This document shows, piece by piece, positions 13,146-28,300 of a DNA stretch of 64,000 nucleotides (the stretch's first letter is position 1; each line of letters begins with the position of its first letter). Where the stretch lies: assembly GCA_012295275.1 (NCBI GenBank), contig CM022672.1:12152001-12216000 (forward strand), read 5' to 3'. This DNA is from Chrysomallon squamiferum. Lineage: Eukaryota > Animalia > Mollusca. The notes below the pieces were generated by a model that worked only from the letters and a program-made list of their open reading frames with translations, did no database searches and was not told the DNA's origin. Position numbers and translations under genes: made by a program.

Positions 13146-13743
13146 TCACAATTACAGATAGAGAGATACAGTAGAAACAGAAATCTGAAAGAAAATATTT
13201 AGTCATGAAATGAAGGCATCAAGGCCTTTGTTGCAGTGTCAAAGGTTATAGCCAGCAGCGATAACACTAATCTCCACAGCAACAGCCCCACATCATCTGC
13301 GATCATCAACAAAAATATCACATATCACATGACAACTTGTTTATGTCACATGATTTGATCTTTTCTGATGTGATAAAGCTGTGACAAGATCAATAATATT
13401 ATAATACTTCTCTGTAATTTGTAACACTGGATTAATGAAAAATATAAAATTATGTGGCAATTCATATGGACTATGACATTTAATTATTTTACATTTTTTA
13501 TAATAATAATAATGATGATGATGATAATATTAACATTAATAATAATCATCATAAAATTCATTACTATTTAATGAAGTACATTTATAAAAATAGTTTACTT
13601 TTTTTCTCAATTTTAAATCTCTTGAGGCCAGTTAAAGTTAATAACCGTAAAACATTTTTTCTTTTATAGTTACTTAAATAAATAAAAATTTGAAAGAAAA
13701 TTAGAAAAAGAAAGAATGAAACTACAAAAGAAGAAATATAATG

Positions 13744-13776
<33 letters not shown>

Positions 13777-15614
13777 TAAAAAATTAAATAAATAAAAAAA
13801 TAAATTAAAATAAAATAATTAAAAATAAAATCCCCTCCAAAACATGATCATTTGAAAAAGAAACAAAACCCAGTCAATAAACAAAACAAATGAAATCATT
13901 ACCAGATGAATTTATTAAATCACAGAATCATAATTTTACCAGAGATATTTTGTACATACATGTTTTAAGAAATGAACAATAACATTCTTTACAATGTGAG
14001 ACTATCTGAAATTTTTATTCAAAGCCTAAATAATTGTTCTATCTGAAAATGTCATTTCTGCTTCAAATCACACAAGCATTTGGAATATTAATAACATTAT
14101 CAGAGATATTCACTCCAATGTATTGCGAAAAACAGAAATTTTAAGCCGAATATAAAATATCTGCAAATTTAGCATAACGATTACTTAAAGCATCAAGTTT
14201 CAAAATACTAACTAAAAATCAGTGTAGTAAATAACTATTTATTTCCATAATTTATCAGGAAGTATGAAAAAGCATTAATGGTTAGGTAATATTTCTACTA
14301 AATGATATATGGATATTGCTTAATAAGTGTTTGCAGGCAAAATAATTGTAAACAGAAATAGTGTACAATGATAACGTGATAAACAGTTTATTTTTTAATA
14401 TTTGATATTCCAGCTTTGATAAAGATTTCTTTCATCAGTTATATGGATATTGTTAAATCTGAAACATTATTGATAACATTAAACATTTTTGTAGTAAGGA
14501 TATCATTTACAATTTAGGTACATTACTGAACAATCATTGAAATGAATATAAGTAATTTTTAAGATTACCTCTCAATTCTAAATATGCACTTAATTTTGTA
14601 CTAATTTTAAATGTTGGCTTTTCCTTCATTCTAATCAGGAATTATTAAAAAAAAAAAAAAACCAACAAAAACCCCCAAACATGTGGCTTGAAGAAAATTC
14701 TTCTATTAAGTAAATTTATTTGTCATGTTGCAGTAAATCTGTTCTCATGAGAATAAACAAATATTGTTGACCCTGTGTCTCCATTAAAAATAATGCAATA
14801 AGAACATTTGTTTTTTGTTGTTGTTGCTGGAAAATTAATATTGCAGACATAATAATAATAACAATAATAATAATATTGTTATTAAAAATTTATATTTATT
14901 AAATAAAAAATAAATAAAAAAGGCGACAAAATGATAAGGAAAAAATATAAAATATTTATGAAAAAAATATTTAATAAATAAAAGCAATCGAACTGCAATA
15001 TATTAAATATAGATATTACTGAATAATTATTCTGAAAGCATAGGTAGTCTGTTAACAAATGCATAATTCATTATTAACTAAATATATTATAATAAATTAA
15101 ACAAAAATGTATTCCACTACACAATATAAATTTCAAATTCCAAAATCTTTCTGTATTCCTCAGATCTTTAAATTCAATAGCAGATATGCATATTAAAAAA
15201 AACTAAATATTTTTACATAAATTATTAACTTATCTTCTTATACTGATATAAATTAACATCTTATTTTCTGCTAAGTTAAACTAATGCATGCTGAAAATGC
15301 ATAATGAAATTGTAAACTGAAATTTGTTACTTAATTAGGATCTGTAGACATTAAAAATATATAAACTGAGAATGAATAATAATAATAATAATAAATAAAA
15401 TATTAATGTATAGCGAACCAAAATTATATTTTGCACATTATTTCAATCCATAAATAATTTTGTGCAGAAATGTTTTTTGTTTTCTTTCACAACAAGTACC
15501 TTGTATTTTTTAATACATGAAAAGAAAGTTCACTCTATTTCTTGAGCCATTAGATGGAATAAAACAAAATCAACAGTCTTCATAATCTGACTAGGCACAA
15601 AAAATGTCATGTAT

Positions 15615-16056
15615 TTATTGTAGAGTTGCTAATGTCTTCAGTCCTTGAGATAATTTCTCTATCTCTATTGACAGCTGGTCCATCTGAATAACAGAATAAA
15701 TATAAAAATAAATAATTAAAATATAATAAAATAAAATAAAAAATACAAATAAATATATAGAAACTTATAAATGTCTAAAACAAAATTTAGAACTATATAT
15801 CAAAATGATTTTTTTTTGTTTGTTTTATTTACCAATATATAAAAAAATATAAACACATAAAATTTTACAATAAAATGAAAGGTTAAAAATACATTCATTT
15901 ATTTTGTTAAATCCATATTTTGTAATGAAAAATGTTATTAAAATATATTCTGTCAATAAAAACAATACAAGAAGAAATGTACAAATATATATAGTTTAAA
16001 TTAAATTAACGCATTTTTTTCTTGAGAAATGAAACAACTACAAAAGGAATATCTTC

Positions 16057-16099
<43 letters not shown>

Positions 16100-19000
16100 C
16101 ATTGACAAAGAAAACAAAAATAATAATAGTTATAAAAAATACAATAATATTACTAACAATAATAACAGCAATTATCAGTAATAATAATAACAACCATAGC
16201 AATAATTAAAAAATTAATAAATTAATAAAAATAAGAATACAAATAAAATCAAAAATAATAATAAATTTAAAAAAAAAAAACAAACTTTTTCAGAGTTCTG
16301 ATTGCGTATTTCTTCAGGTACTTTACTGTTGTAGTCTTCCAGTGCTGCAGCATCCTGTAGTTTCTTCAGCTGTTTACCAAGAGTTTCCTGTTTACCTTGT
16401 AACCTTGAGATTTCTTTCCCAACATCTATCAAACCCTGAGAAGCAGAAGCAAGTGCATTTAAGTGTTAACAAAAAAAAAACACAAAAAAAACATTAAAAA
16501 AAATATTTAAATTTTAAAAATCAAAAAAAAAAAAAAAAAAAAAAAAATAATAATAATAACAGAAAACAAAGATAATACTTCAGAATAATTTTTAGAATAT
16601 ATGTTACTTTTATTTCAAATCTCTTTACAAATATAATTAAAAGGATCAGGTTTTCTACTTGTAGGAGTATTATTTCTATCAGGTCATAGATAAAAATAAC
16701 TGATTTTTGCAGCATCTTAATGGATACACATGATATTACAGTAAATTTAAAAATTCAACCCAATAACAATAACAACAACAACAATAATAATAATAATAAA
16801 AACAGCAAAAACAACAACAATAATAAAAATAACAAAATAAACCCCTCACACATACCTGTCAAAAACAAATTCATAAATCCATTTAAAAAAAAAAAAAAAT
16901 TATAATAAATAAAAAAGGTTTCATATCTATCTACAGAAAGTGAAGAAGACTTGGTTGTTCAATGGGCCAGTGAGATATGAATTTACCTTTAACATTACGT
17001 GTGTCTCACACTTTGCAGACACGGTTGACATGCAACAACCGACTGGTGGGTCCTGGTTGACCAGAAAGCTGATGCTACTCGAGTTCGACAGTGTTTGTAT
17101 TGTTTCAGTAAACGCCTGCAGTGTTTTGGCAGTTTCTTCATCAGAACATTTCAAATACACTGACAACATGAAAGATATAACAGAACTGTATTACGTTTCA
17201 AAAATGGTTTCTAAATAATCACAATAAAAAAATAAAAAAATGACCCATGCAAACATTTATAATAAAAATAAAAAAAACATTTTAAAATTAGCTTATAATT
17301 CAGTCCAAATCATTGTAATGATAGTTGTCAACAATGATAGTTGTTAATGTTAACTATTGTCAAATTTACCTTACTTTTTGTGTTAAGATTATATCCATCT
17401 AATGAGCTATCTATCTATCTATCTATGTATCCATCTATATTCATACAATGTAAATAATATTGATGTTAACAATCCATCTAGATCTTTAATCTTTGGTGAT
17501 AACTAAATTACAAAAATTATTTTCATGCACTAAATATCTACTTGGGTTTTGAATTATCATATTACGAATAAATTATATAAATTATTTACATTGTACTGAA
17601 AATTTTGGTTGCAAGTTAAAATTATATAAATTATTTACATGTAATGACTATCTGGTGTTGAATTATAAATAAATCAAATAAATTATTTAATACAATACTC
17701 ACCAGCCTCAAATGCTGGTGATAAATGAATCACATAACTTATTTACATGTACTAACCATCAGCCTTGGTTTTTGGTGTCAGATTATAATCGGCTCTCATC
17801 GACCGAATACTTTTGACAACATTCTGAGCAAATGAGACAGCTGCCTCCAGTCCAGTATCACGATGGGTGTACTGAATGTAAAATGAAATTTATACAGTGA
17901 AATTAACTTAGTTAAAAAAGAATTAAAATTTAAAAATATTATCATAGCAATGAAATTTGAGATATGAAAAAAGCATATAAAGTGCGCATATTCTTAGCCT
18001 TACTGTGCAATAAACTGCACTATCTGAATACCGGTGAAGTATTGTATTTTTTTATGTGATAATGTTATGTGATAAACTGGGTAACAAATGACTGGAATGT
18101 TGCTGTTAATCTTATTTGTCAGTAGAAACTGTTAAGCTTTCAGTATATATTTTTATTTGTTTATCTTTTATAAAGAAAATATTTTTATATTTGCACAACA
18201 TTTTAACATCTAAAAATTCCATTAACCAGACATTACGTGTCACTCTGTTTGATGCTGATTACTGACAAAACTCGTACTTACATAAAACATTTATACTGAA
18301 ATCAGGATTTAGTCAAAATTTCACCTTGTCTTAAAGATAGTTTAGTTATATATATTTACTAAAATTTAACACAAGTGCTTAATAATAAAATATAAAAATA
18401 TAATTTTATAGAACTACAGTATAAATTAAATATTTTGAATAGATTAAAAAAAATTGGTAATAATTAATTTTTTTTTTTTTACCTCTTTCTCTAATGGATA
18501 TGGTGTTACACACAGACTTGGTGGTTCATTACTTTGTCTCCTTGGCAACCTCTGGTAGAGCTCTTCTGTTACAAATGGCATCATGGGATGCAACAGCCTC
18601 AGTCCAACATCAAGACAGGTGTAGAGGACGTTGCGACATATTCTCTTACTGTCTTCATCACTGCCATACACAATGGGTTTCAAATATTCCTAAAAAAAAA
18701 ATCTCTAATATTTAGCATAATATAAAAATATTATTATAATGAGTTTTAGGTATTTCTAAAATAACAAACTTTAATACTTAGTATAAAACAGGTATTCCAA
18801 AAAAAAAAAAAAAAAAAAAAAGAACCCCTAACACTTAACAAAATACAAAAAATATTATTACCATGGCTTTCAAATGTTCCTAAAACAATTAACTCTAACA
18901 CTAAACAAGAATATTATTATAATGAGTTTCAAGTCTTCAAAAATCAAAAAAAAAAAAAATTAAAAAAAAAAAAAACTGCCAAAACTGAAATAAAACCCAC

Positions 19001-19342
19001 ACCCAAAAAGAACCTCAACAACTTAACCTAATATAAAAACTTAAGAGTATATAAAACAACCTATTAATACTTTGCAGTAATTATAATGAATTCTAAATAT
19101 TCCCAACAACAAACTCTTGTACTTATCTTTAAAAAAAAAAACTTTTTTCTGAACAACACCCCCCAGAAATATGATTATTATAGATATTATTTGCATATAA
19201 TTCACACAACACTTTTTTTTTATGTTTCATTTACAAGTATCAGAATATTTTTGAGATCTATTTCTAATATAACACATTAAGCTAAACCTGTTTATGTGTC
19301 TATGCATGTACACAAACAAATACAATACTTTCTTTCACAGAA

Positions 19343-19391
<49 letters not shown>

Positions 19392-22300
19392 ACACAATCA
19401 CATAAAACAGGTATTAGGTATTCCTAAAATAAAAAATATTAAAAAAATGTAATTGTGTTGAAATGTGTAACCCAGTGTACTTACTAAATACCAGTCACAG
19501 AGTTCGTACAGCCAGAAGTTGTAGCATGCTGTTGTGGCTGTAGGGAAGTCGTAGTTTTCAAACCCTGCAGCACACTGAGTGACAGCGTAGGACAGTCGAC
19601 TTAAAATCCATCTGTCCATGTCTTTCTCCTTACCACACAGCTGAAAAAATATATTAAAAAATTACATATATTAAAAAAATTACATATATATTTAATTTTG
19701 CAACAAAGAACTGAACAAATAAATAAAAAGGATGATTGTTTATATTTACAGTGCTTCAGAAAACATTTAAACAGTTATATATTATTATTTTCAAATCATA
19801 GTAAATGAGAAAACTTAACAAAAATAACAACTCTCTCCACCATAAAAAAACTATAAAAAAAAGGTGAATGATTATCTATACTTTTTTTAATTATTTAAAT
19901 TAGAGAGTTTAAAAAAAAAAAAAAAAAAATTACAAACATATATAAACTTTACATTGCGATGATTTTCTTTATTTTAATTTTCACAGTAATTGGAAAAGTA
20001 TCGACACATTACCTTGGGTGTTTCTGTGGGTTTGAAATTATCTCCAAGACAGTTTACAGCAAATTTTGTGGCATTCCACAGCTTGTTACAGAAAAACCTG
20101 TATCCTTGAACTCTCAGTACATCCAGATTTATATCTCTTCCTGCAAACACAGAACATGTTATTTACATTTTCATTAAAACAGACATACAGACAGACACAC
20201 ATGTACACATACAAAACCCCCCATTTAACCATCAATTTAATTATCAAATGAGAATAAACTTACTATTTTGCAATTTTATCATCAGTTAATACCAATTTAC
20301 AAATTTTCCCTTGAAAATCTGATGATTAGAATGTGAGTCTGAATTCTTTTGTGATTACTGCTTCAAACTTCTCAGTGGAGTCTGTGAATATTTTCCTATT
20401 CCAGATATTACAAATTAAATAGTCCACAAATTGTACTTTCATGATTGTGATATTGTTTAATGTTTAAAGATTATAAATTATTTAAATCTGTAGTATTATG
20501 ACACGACATTTCTCTTTGATGTTTTGCACCAACTCTAATAAAACATGACCCTATGGAAATAGTGGCTATGCAAACTCTCTATCCGCATAAATGTAATCAC
20601 TCTGTCATTAATAAAAGCCACTCTAATTTTGCAATAATAATAAAGATTGGAAGAGTCTATGATGTTTTTTAAAGTGAAATTCAAAGACAATATCGAAATT
20701 TATTCAACAAATTATGTGCCATTTCAGAATATGTATTATATATGTCATGTATTTCAGTCATGTTTGAATTGAAATCAGGTGCTCAAACACCACTTACTGT
20801 AAAAACTTTGTGAATTTTTGTTCCAGTCCAACATGTTGCTAATTACTATTAGAGGACACATGAATTATGTTTACTTACCTTGTGAGGTATATGAGATGAG
20901 AGCGAATCTCAGAGCATCAGTCCCACATTCAGGAATACCACTGGGATAGTCCTTTTTCTGAAACAGGTGAATAAAATAGTCTTAATATGCAGTTAGATTC
21001 ATTTTAGATCCATTATGTTTTGACTATATATATATATATATATAATATGTGTATATGTGTGTATGTGTGTATGTATGAATGTGTGTGTGTGTCTGAGTGA
21101 GAGTGTGTGTGTGTGTGTGTGTGTGCATGTGTGTGTGCGTGTTTTATGAAATTATATATAGATATGTAACAAGTAATTTTCTAGTTGTTCTAAAGAAAAA
21201 AATAGTTATTATTTCATTTAATTACTATTTAGTAAACTTAAAAATCAATGAATGTTTTAATTTAATTCTCAATTTTCTTTTTCTGGTCTCTCTCACACTA
21301 TATGCTTTTCCAACATAATAATTTCTTTTCAATTATCCATCCATATTTAAGTGAATCATACATTTTTATCTAAATGTTATTAACAGTAACAAAGACTGAA
21401 CTAACCTGTCCTTCCTTTGCTTTTGTAACCTCCTTCTCATCAAGATTACTTTCCAAAAGTTTTTCCTGGAGTTTCTGTGAAAAAATTTCAGACCATTCTT
21501 TACTTGATTGTGTGTATATGTATTCAGCAGTTAAACAGTTATTAAATATGATGCAGCAAAGTTATACAATGCATTCAAAATAAACATTACTGGTATATAC
21601 CTTTTTTGAACCTTCTCCATACATTTTTTTTTTTTAATAATAAAAAAAATAAAATAAAAATACAAATAAAAAATACAAATAAAATAAAGTAAAATAAATA
21701 TATAACAATGAAAAAAAAAAATATAAATAAATAAAATAAATATAATATTAATTAAAAAATATATAATAATAATTAAATATCATACCAAAAAACAACATGC
21801 TTATGTGAAGGTTTTATCTTAATAATAAATATTAAGCAACAGTAGTTTTTAATATTATTTAAATACTGTGGTCAAAGATTTCAAATAAATAATTTACCTC
21901 TAGTGTTATTCCATGAATAACATCGATAGGATCAACCACATTTCCAAGACTTTTGCTCATCTTTCTTCCATGTGCATCTCTAACCATTGCATGGAGGTAG
22001 ACCTGAAATTTTTAACAACAGATGAAGAAGTGGTAACACCAACAGTGATAGTAACAATATCATAAAAATATTTGATTTGTTGCTGAGCCATGAAATAAAC
22101 TAGATGTTTCTTATAATGGAACTTACAACATTTTTTTGGTGTGATTATTTTCATTATTTTTCTAATATGGCAATATATATGCTGAAATGCATGAAGGGAT
22201 TTTTGCAGTTAAGATAAAGATTTTATTAATGTTAAAAATGAGGAATAATGCAATTAATAATTTTTTAAATTACCAAAAAGAAAAACAAAAAATCAATATA

Positions 22301-25300
22301 GTATTCTAATGAATATTCCTTCATTTTTTAAATCTTCTCCAAAGTCAGTTTGTGAACTATTTAAAAAAGAAAAGTGTCAAAACAATTATTTTTTTTCTTT
22401 AGCACGAAATATATTTCCACTAAATGAAATATCATCTGTTTACAATGGGAGTTACTGAATTTCAACTTACTTCTTTGAACAAAGAACTACTGAAATTCAG
22501 CATATTTTTTTCAAAATGGGAGTTACTCACCTCTTTGAAAGGCAGTTTTCCCATAAGAGTCTGTCCCATCATCACCATTCGAGCGACCCAGAAAAACATG
22601 ATGTCGTGACCAGTCTCCAACAGTGTGCCAGGGTAGAAAGCTGAGAGATCTGATGTCTTTAAAATTAAATCATAATCATAAAATTAAAATTAAAATTAAA
22701 ATTAAAATTGAAATATTAACTTTTTTGTTGTAAAAATGAAATGAAGAAAAATGTTGAACAAATTTACATCAGAGAAAAATCTTTACATTAAATTTCATTC
22801 TTTTACTTTTAAAGCTACTAAACATGAAAATAAAAATATGTTAACTTAAAAAAAACAAAAAAACCCATTAATTATTTATAGACTATGGAAAATGTGTATT
22901 GTAATTTAAACATCAATTACAGTTATATGCTATGTGAAACTTTTTATATAAAATATAAACAGCAAACATTACCTGCTCAGGCCATCCAAATATAGAGAAA
23001 GGAAACATTGCAGATGAAAACCATGTATCCAGAACATCTTCGTCTAAATACAAACACACATTTTTAACCAAATTTTTTTTACTGATGAAATAAAAAACAG
23101 TACAAAGTGTACAGACTTTTATTTAAAATTAAGACATTTTTGAGCATTTTAAATAGAAAAAAAAAAAAAAAAAGAAGAAGAAAACAAATATATATTTTTA
23201 AACAGGCTAAAAGGGAAAAACTATTATGAATTAATGGAACTTGCCCCAAAAACCTAAATGACAATCACAATAAATAATTCTGTTAGTTGTAAAATAAAAT
23301 GAAAACTGCAAGATACAACATCTGTTTCATCAGATATGCAGCTGTGATTATTATGACAAGATTGTTGACATTTATGTTGTATCAATGAGATTCTGACAGG
23401 TGAAACATTAAATTTATAAGTAACAATGAAATAAAATAAGTAAGTGTAGTATACATCACATATTTCATCACACTGGAATAATTTTTAAGTTGAAGATTTC
23501 ATTTTTGTACCTTGTCTCAGTGAGATTTTGTCCGGTGAAACTTTAAATTTAGCTGCAGCTTTCTCTCTCGCTTCCTCCTCTGTGTGACCACAAACCCAGT
23601 AGTTGTCATCAGAGTCCTGAACAACACAAAATACAATACAGCAATTGTTATAATTATTATTTTATTACAATTATATAACGTTCTGTGGGCTAATTGTCTA
23701 AGCAAGAAAGTTTTTAACACAGCCTAAGACAAAGTTGTTGAGGAAGGACATTGGTAGCATTGGTTTTATATGTTACATGCATCTTTCAAAAGATATAAAA
23801 ATTAATATAATGTTTTAAGTGCATCAAGGAAAACTAATCTTTTATTTTGTCTCCAGAACTTCTGAATACTACCTACTCCATTATTATTATTATTTTAAAG
23901 ACAAAAAAATATAATATTAACAAAATGAAAGATTTTGTTAACAACTTACTGTTCCTGCTGGTATATTTGGGTCATCTACAGTCACAAAGTAGGCAGGGAT
24001 TCTGTGACCCCACCACAACTGTCTGGATATACACCAATCTCTGAAATGATTTTTTTTAAAGATTAAAACATAAAGACCTGCATAAAAAAGCATAATTTCA
24101 TCTCTCTCATAGTTCAGGCTAGTACTGCAACTAATGCTAAGAAAATCTGAATTCAAATACATCAGCTATTTCTATAACATAGTTGCTTATAGAATAGAAA
24201 TGTTTTCTGTTTTTTAAACCAATTTAATCCATAATTAATTTGATAATTTACTAATTACACTCACCTGATGTTACCCAGCCAGTTGTTCCACGTCTTAATG
24301 TGCATGTCTGGAATTATTTTAACATCTCCATCAGCTACAGCCTGACATAAGATGAAATAAAAATAAATAAATAGAAAATAATAAAATATAATAACTTAGT
24401 GGAGAAAATTTTACATGAATACACATTATCACTCTTAAAGAAAATACAGTTATACAGATATAAAGCACAAAAACAAAGTCTACAGATTGGATTTTTAAAT
24501 TTTATTTCTTCAGTATATGTTGTGGTCTATGTTTAATCAAATATGCTGTTTAAAATATTCATAATCACTCTGAATTATGAACTCTTATATAGTTAAAGAA
24601 TACACTTGCTGGGAACAAAGGAAACTAAACTTAATGCATGTGAAAAGGAAATATAATTGAGAGAAATGGCAATCCTCCATCTGAAACAAGTTTGAAAATT
24701 AAATAATTCTGTGTCAGTATCTTGGTACACTAGTAACAGATAAGAGATATGGTAACATCTGAAGGTCTTCTCTACTGAGATTGGAATCACCATTTAACAG
24801 CAAAATACAAAAGAAATTCTGTTAAGTTATTATGACTGTTAAAGCAGTCAGTGTAAACTGAGAGGAAGTCACAACCATGTCGTTACATGGGTTACCAAAG
24901 AAACACCAAAGATTAAACTTACACGGTAAGTTCTGGATGGAAATTCTTATTATACCTAATAATCTATCTTAATGTTAACTTCAGAGAGACAATAACAGAC
25001 AATTAATATCAAATCTCCAGTTTTTAATTAATATATACCACTACAGTAATTAACAAACATTAAAAAAACAACACAATAATAATAAAAAATAAAATAACAT
25101 CATTGTAAATATTACTTACCTTGATGGCATTAGTGTTCATTTCCTTGACATCGACATACCACTGTGGTTTGAGAAGTGGCTCAATGACGTCCTTCGACCT
25201 GCTACACATGGGCACGACCATAGGATTGTCTTTTGTGTCTCGATACAGGCCCTTGTCCTTCAGTGCCTGCAGCACAGCTTTTCTCGCATCAAATCTTTTC

Positions 25301-28300
25301 ATGCCCTGAAAATGTCATGAAAAGAAATTGTTTCACGTGTGGTAAAAATATCTTTTGTTTATAGAAAAATTTATTTTTTGTTAATTTTATGAAAACCTGC
25401 TGCTGTTTTGATATTAATTATTGACTAGAAAAAGAACATGTGGAGTTTGGATTACTTTTAATTTAATTATTTTCAATTTCTTTAAAAAAAATTTTTATTT
25501 TAGTCTGTTACCTCAATTTTATTCTTCTCTTTATCAGACTGTTTTTTTCCATATTAGAGCATACATTTTAAATATTTTTAAATAAAAATAAAAACAATTT
25601 CACAAAATATAAGAAAACTCACAGCAAACTGTCCACAGTCACTAGTTATATTTCCCTTGTCGTCTATGATGGTGATAAACGGAAGTTTGTGACGCATTCC
25701 GACCTCATAATCATTTGGATCATGAGCTGGTGTTATCTTCACAGCACCTGTTATAAATTAAATAAAATTTTAAATATTTTAAGAGAGAAAATTTGTAAAG
25801 GTTAAATTTCTTTTTTCATTTTTTTAATAGAAGAAACTAGGATTATTAAAAATATTAAGTACTAAATAATAATGCATTTAAAGTAGAAGTTAAAATCATT
25901 TTATTAATTTGCACTAAATCAGAAAGAAAATATATCTGTAACTTGGACCTATTAAATCTAGAATATAAAGCAAGTTTCTAATTCTTCAGTCTTTGTTGTG
26001 ACGTTGAGAAAATCAGGATTATTGAAAATGTTAAGTAATAATAATATGTTTAAATAGAAATTAAAACCATTTTATTAATCAGCACAAATTGAAATGGAAA
26101 ATATGTATGTAAATGCAACCTATTTGAGGTAAAAAAAAATAAAAGAAAAGAAAAACATTTTAATTATACATTCTCTCATGACCAGTATTAATAAATCTGT
26201 GACAGATGTTTTACTGGGTGATGTCTGCAATATCACCTGTGATTTGGTTGCAAATAAAAATAATAAAAACCTGTTCCAAAGGCCATGTCAACAAATTCAT
26301 CACAAACAACAGGCATTTTTCTCTCAAAGAATGGATGTTTGACAAATCTGTTATGTAGATGTTTGTATCTGTCATCATTGGGGTGGACAGCAACGGCGCA
26401 GTCTCCAAGCATTGTTTCTATTCTTGTGGTAGCTACTACAATCTCATCATCTGAAAAAAACAAACAAAGTAAAAATAGAATAAATTATGTCTGAAAAAAC
26501 AAAATAAAAATAAAATAAATTATGTCTGAAAAAACAAAATAAAAATAAAATAAATTATGTCTAACTAAAATTCTGTCAATAAATAATGGTTTTCTGATTA
26601 CTTTTTGTGAATGAAATATGAAAAATACAAAAATTGAAATTAAATGTATTGTACATTCTCATTAATAAAATGAAAGATGATAAAGTAAAAAGGCAGCTTT
26701 AGTAACTGGAAAACTGATCGAACCAAAGGAAAAAAAAGAGAAAAAAACCACAAAGAAAAGGGAAATATGATGTTAAAAACTTACAAAATATATATGTGAA
26801 AAGGAATTATGACTGAAATAAACACATTGAAGTAAATTTGAACTAAAGTCTTCCAAAGAATTGTTATTTTTTATATACCCCACAAAGGAGAAAATAAAAT
26901 AAAATATTTTCACAGACAATGATAGAAATATAAAGGACATAATACACTAATCATTATTAAATATTAATTCCCTCACCAGAATCTTCCACTTTGTATGCAA
27001 AGGAAACAAGAACACCAAACTCTACTTTTTCTTTGTAACCTGGAACAGCCATCATTGTTCTACCTGGAATCTCTTTCTTATCTACCTGTAACAGGTAAAA
27101 ATTACAAGTGTCACTATGCAGTGTATTCGTAATGATTATTCTAAAGGTATCTCATATCTATTTTAATATCTTCACATAATTATTGAAAATAATTACAAAA
27201 TGATTGAAAATAAATGAGAAAAAGATGTAGAAATAACTATTTTTGATTATTATTATTATTATTTTTTTTTTTTTATTAAATCTTACATATGAATTTTTTT
27301 TTTTGAGCAGATCAGCGTTAAATATTTTAAAAACAGAATGTTTTATATTCTGCCTTGGTGACAATAATATAATATTTATGCCTGAAGTAGTATTTACATT
27401 TTATCAAATTAAAAAAAAAAAAAAATTTTGTTTACCTCAATGTCTGAAATGGCAGAGTTGAGAGTACAGGACCAGTTGACGAGTCTGACGCTTCTGTAGA
27501 TTTTCTTCATCTCATGCAGACGAATAAAAGCTTCTGTTACAGCCTTGTATAATTTCTGAAACATAAAATTGCTGTTTTAAAATATCAAATTTTATTACTT
27601 TCACAATTATATATATCTTGTAATTCTGCAAAATATTTATTCTTTTTTCAACAGATAACATGATTTTGTTTTAAAAAGGTCTGCTTCATGAAAGAGAAAT
27701 TTGACTGATTAAATATCCTATATTTATCAATTATTCTGTTGAAAAGCATCTTTTATTTTATTATTCTTAATGTCTGTGGTGTTATCTTGCATGCTACTTT
27801 ATGAACTGTGTCCTATTGTAATAACTGTTTTTGCCATCTCCATTATGAAATATGTCCTACTACAATAATTTTTCTTACTGGCTCCATGGTGAAGCAAGTC
27901 CTATTCCAGTCATACGAACCACCAAGTTTTCTCAGCTGATGGTAAATCTGGTCACCTTTTCTGAAGAATTATTTAAGAAAAATAAAAAATTAAATGGATG
28001 AAATATAAAAGACAAATGAATAACTGCTGTACAATCCTCTGATTTTAATACGATAACAATTTGTTAATGACTTCTTATTAATTTCAACTCTACTCGAATC
28101 AGTGACAATTACCTTTCAAATAAATAAAAAAGAAATAAAAGAATCCACCAATAAATTAATCGTCTTACTCATTCTTCCATTTCCAGACTTCTTCAACAAA
28201 TTTCTCTCGGCCCAGGTCATGTCGTGACAACTTCTTCTCCCTCATCAGTTTCTTTTCCACTACAACCTGTGTGGCAATACCTGCGTGATCACACCCTGGA

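Noticed and set aside
25838-26125. ~176-bp-period decayed intronic duplication in ValRS intron 10
   Set aside because: Real but ordinary; it does not include a splice junction.
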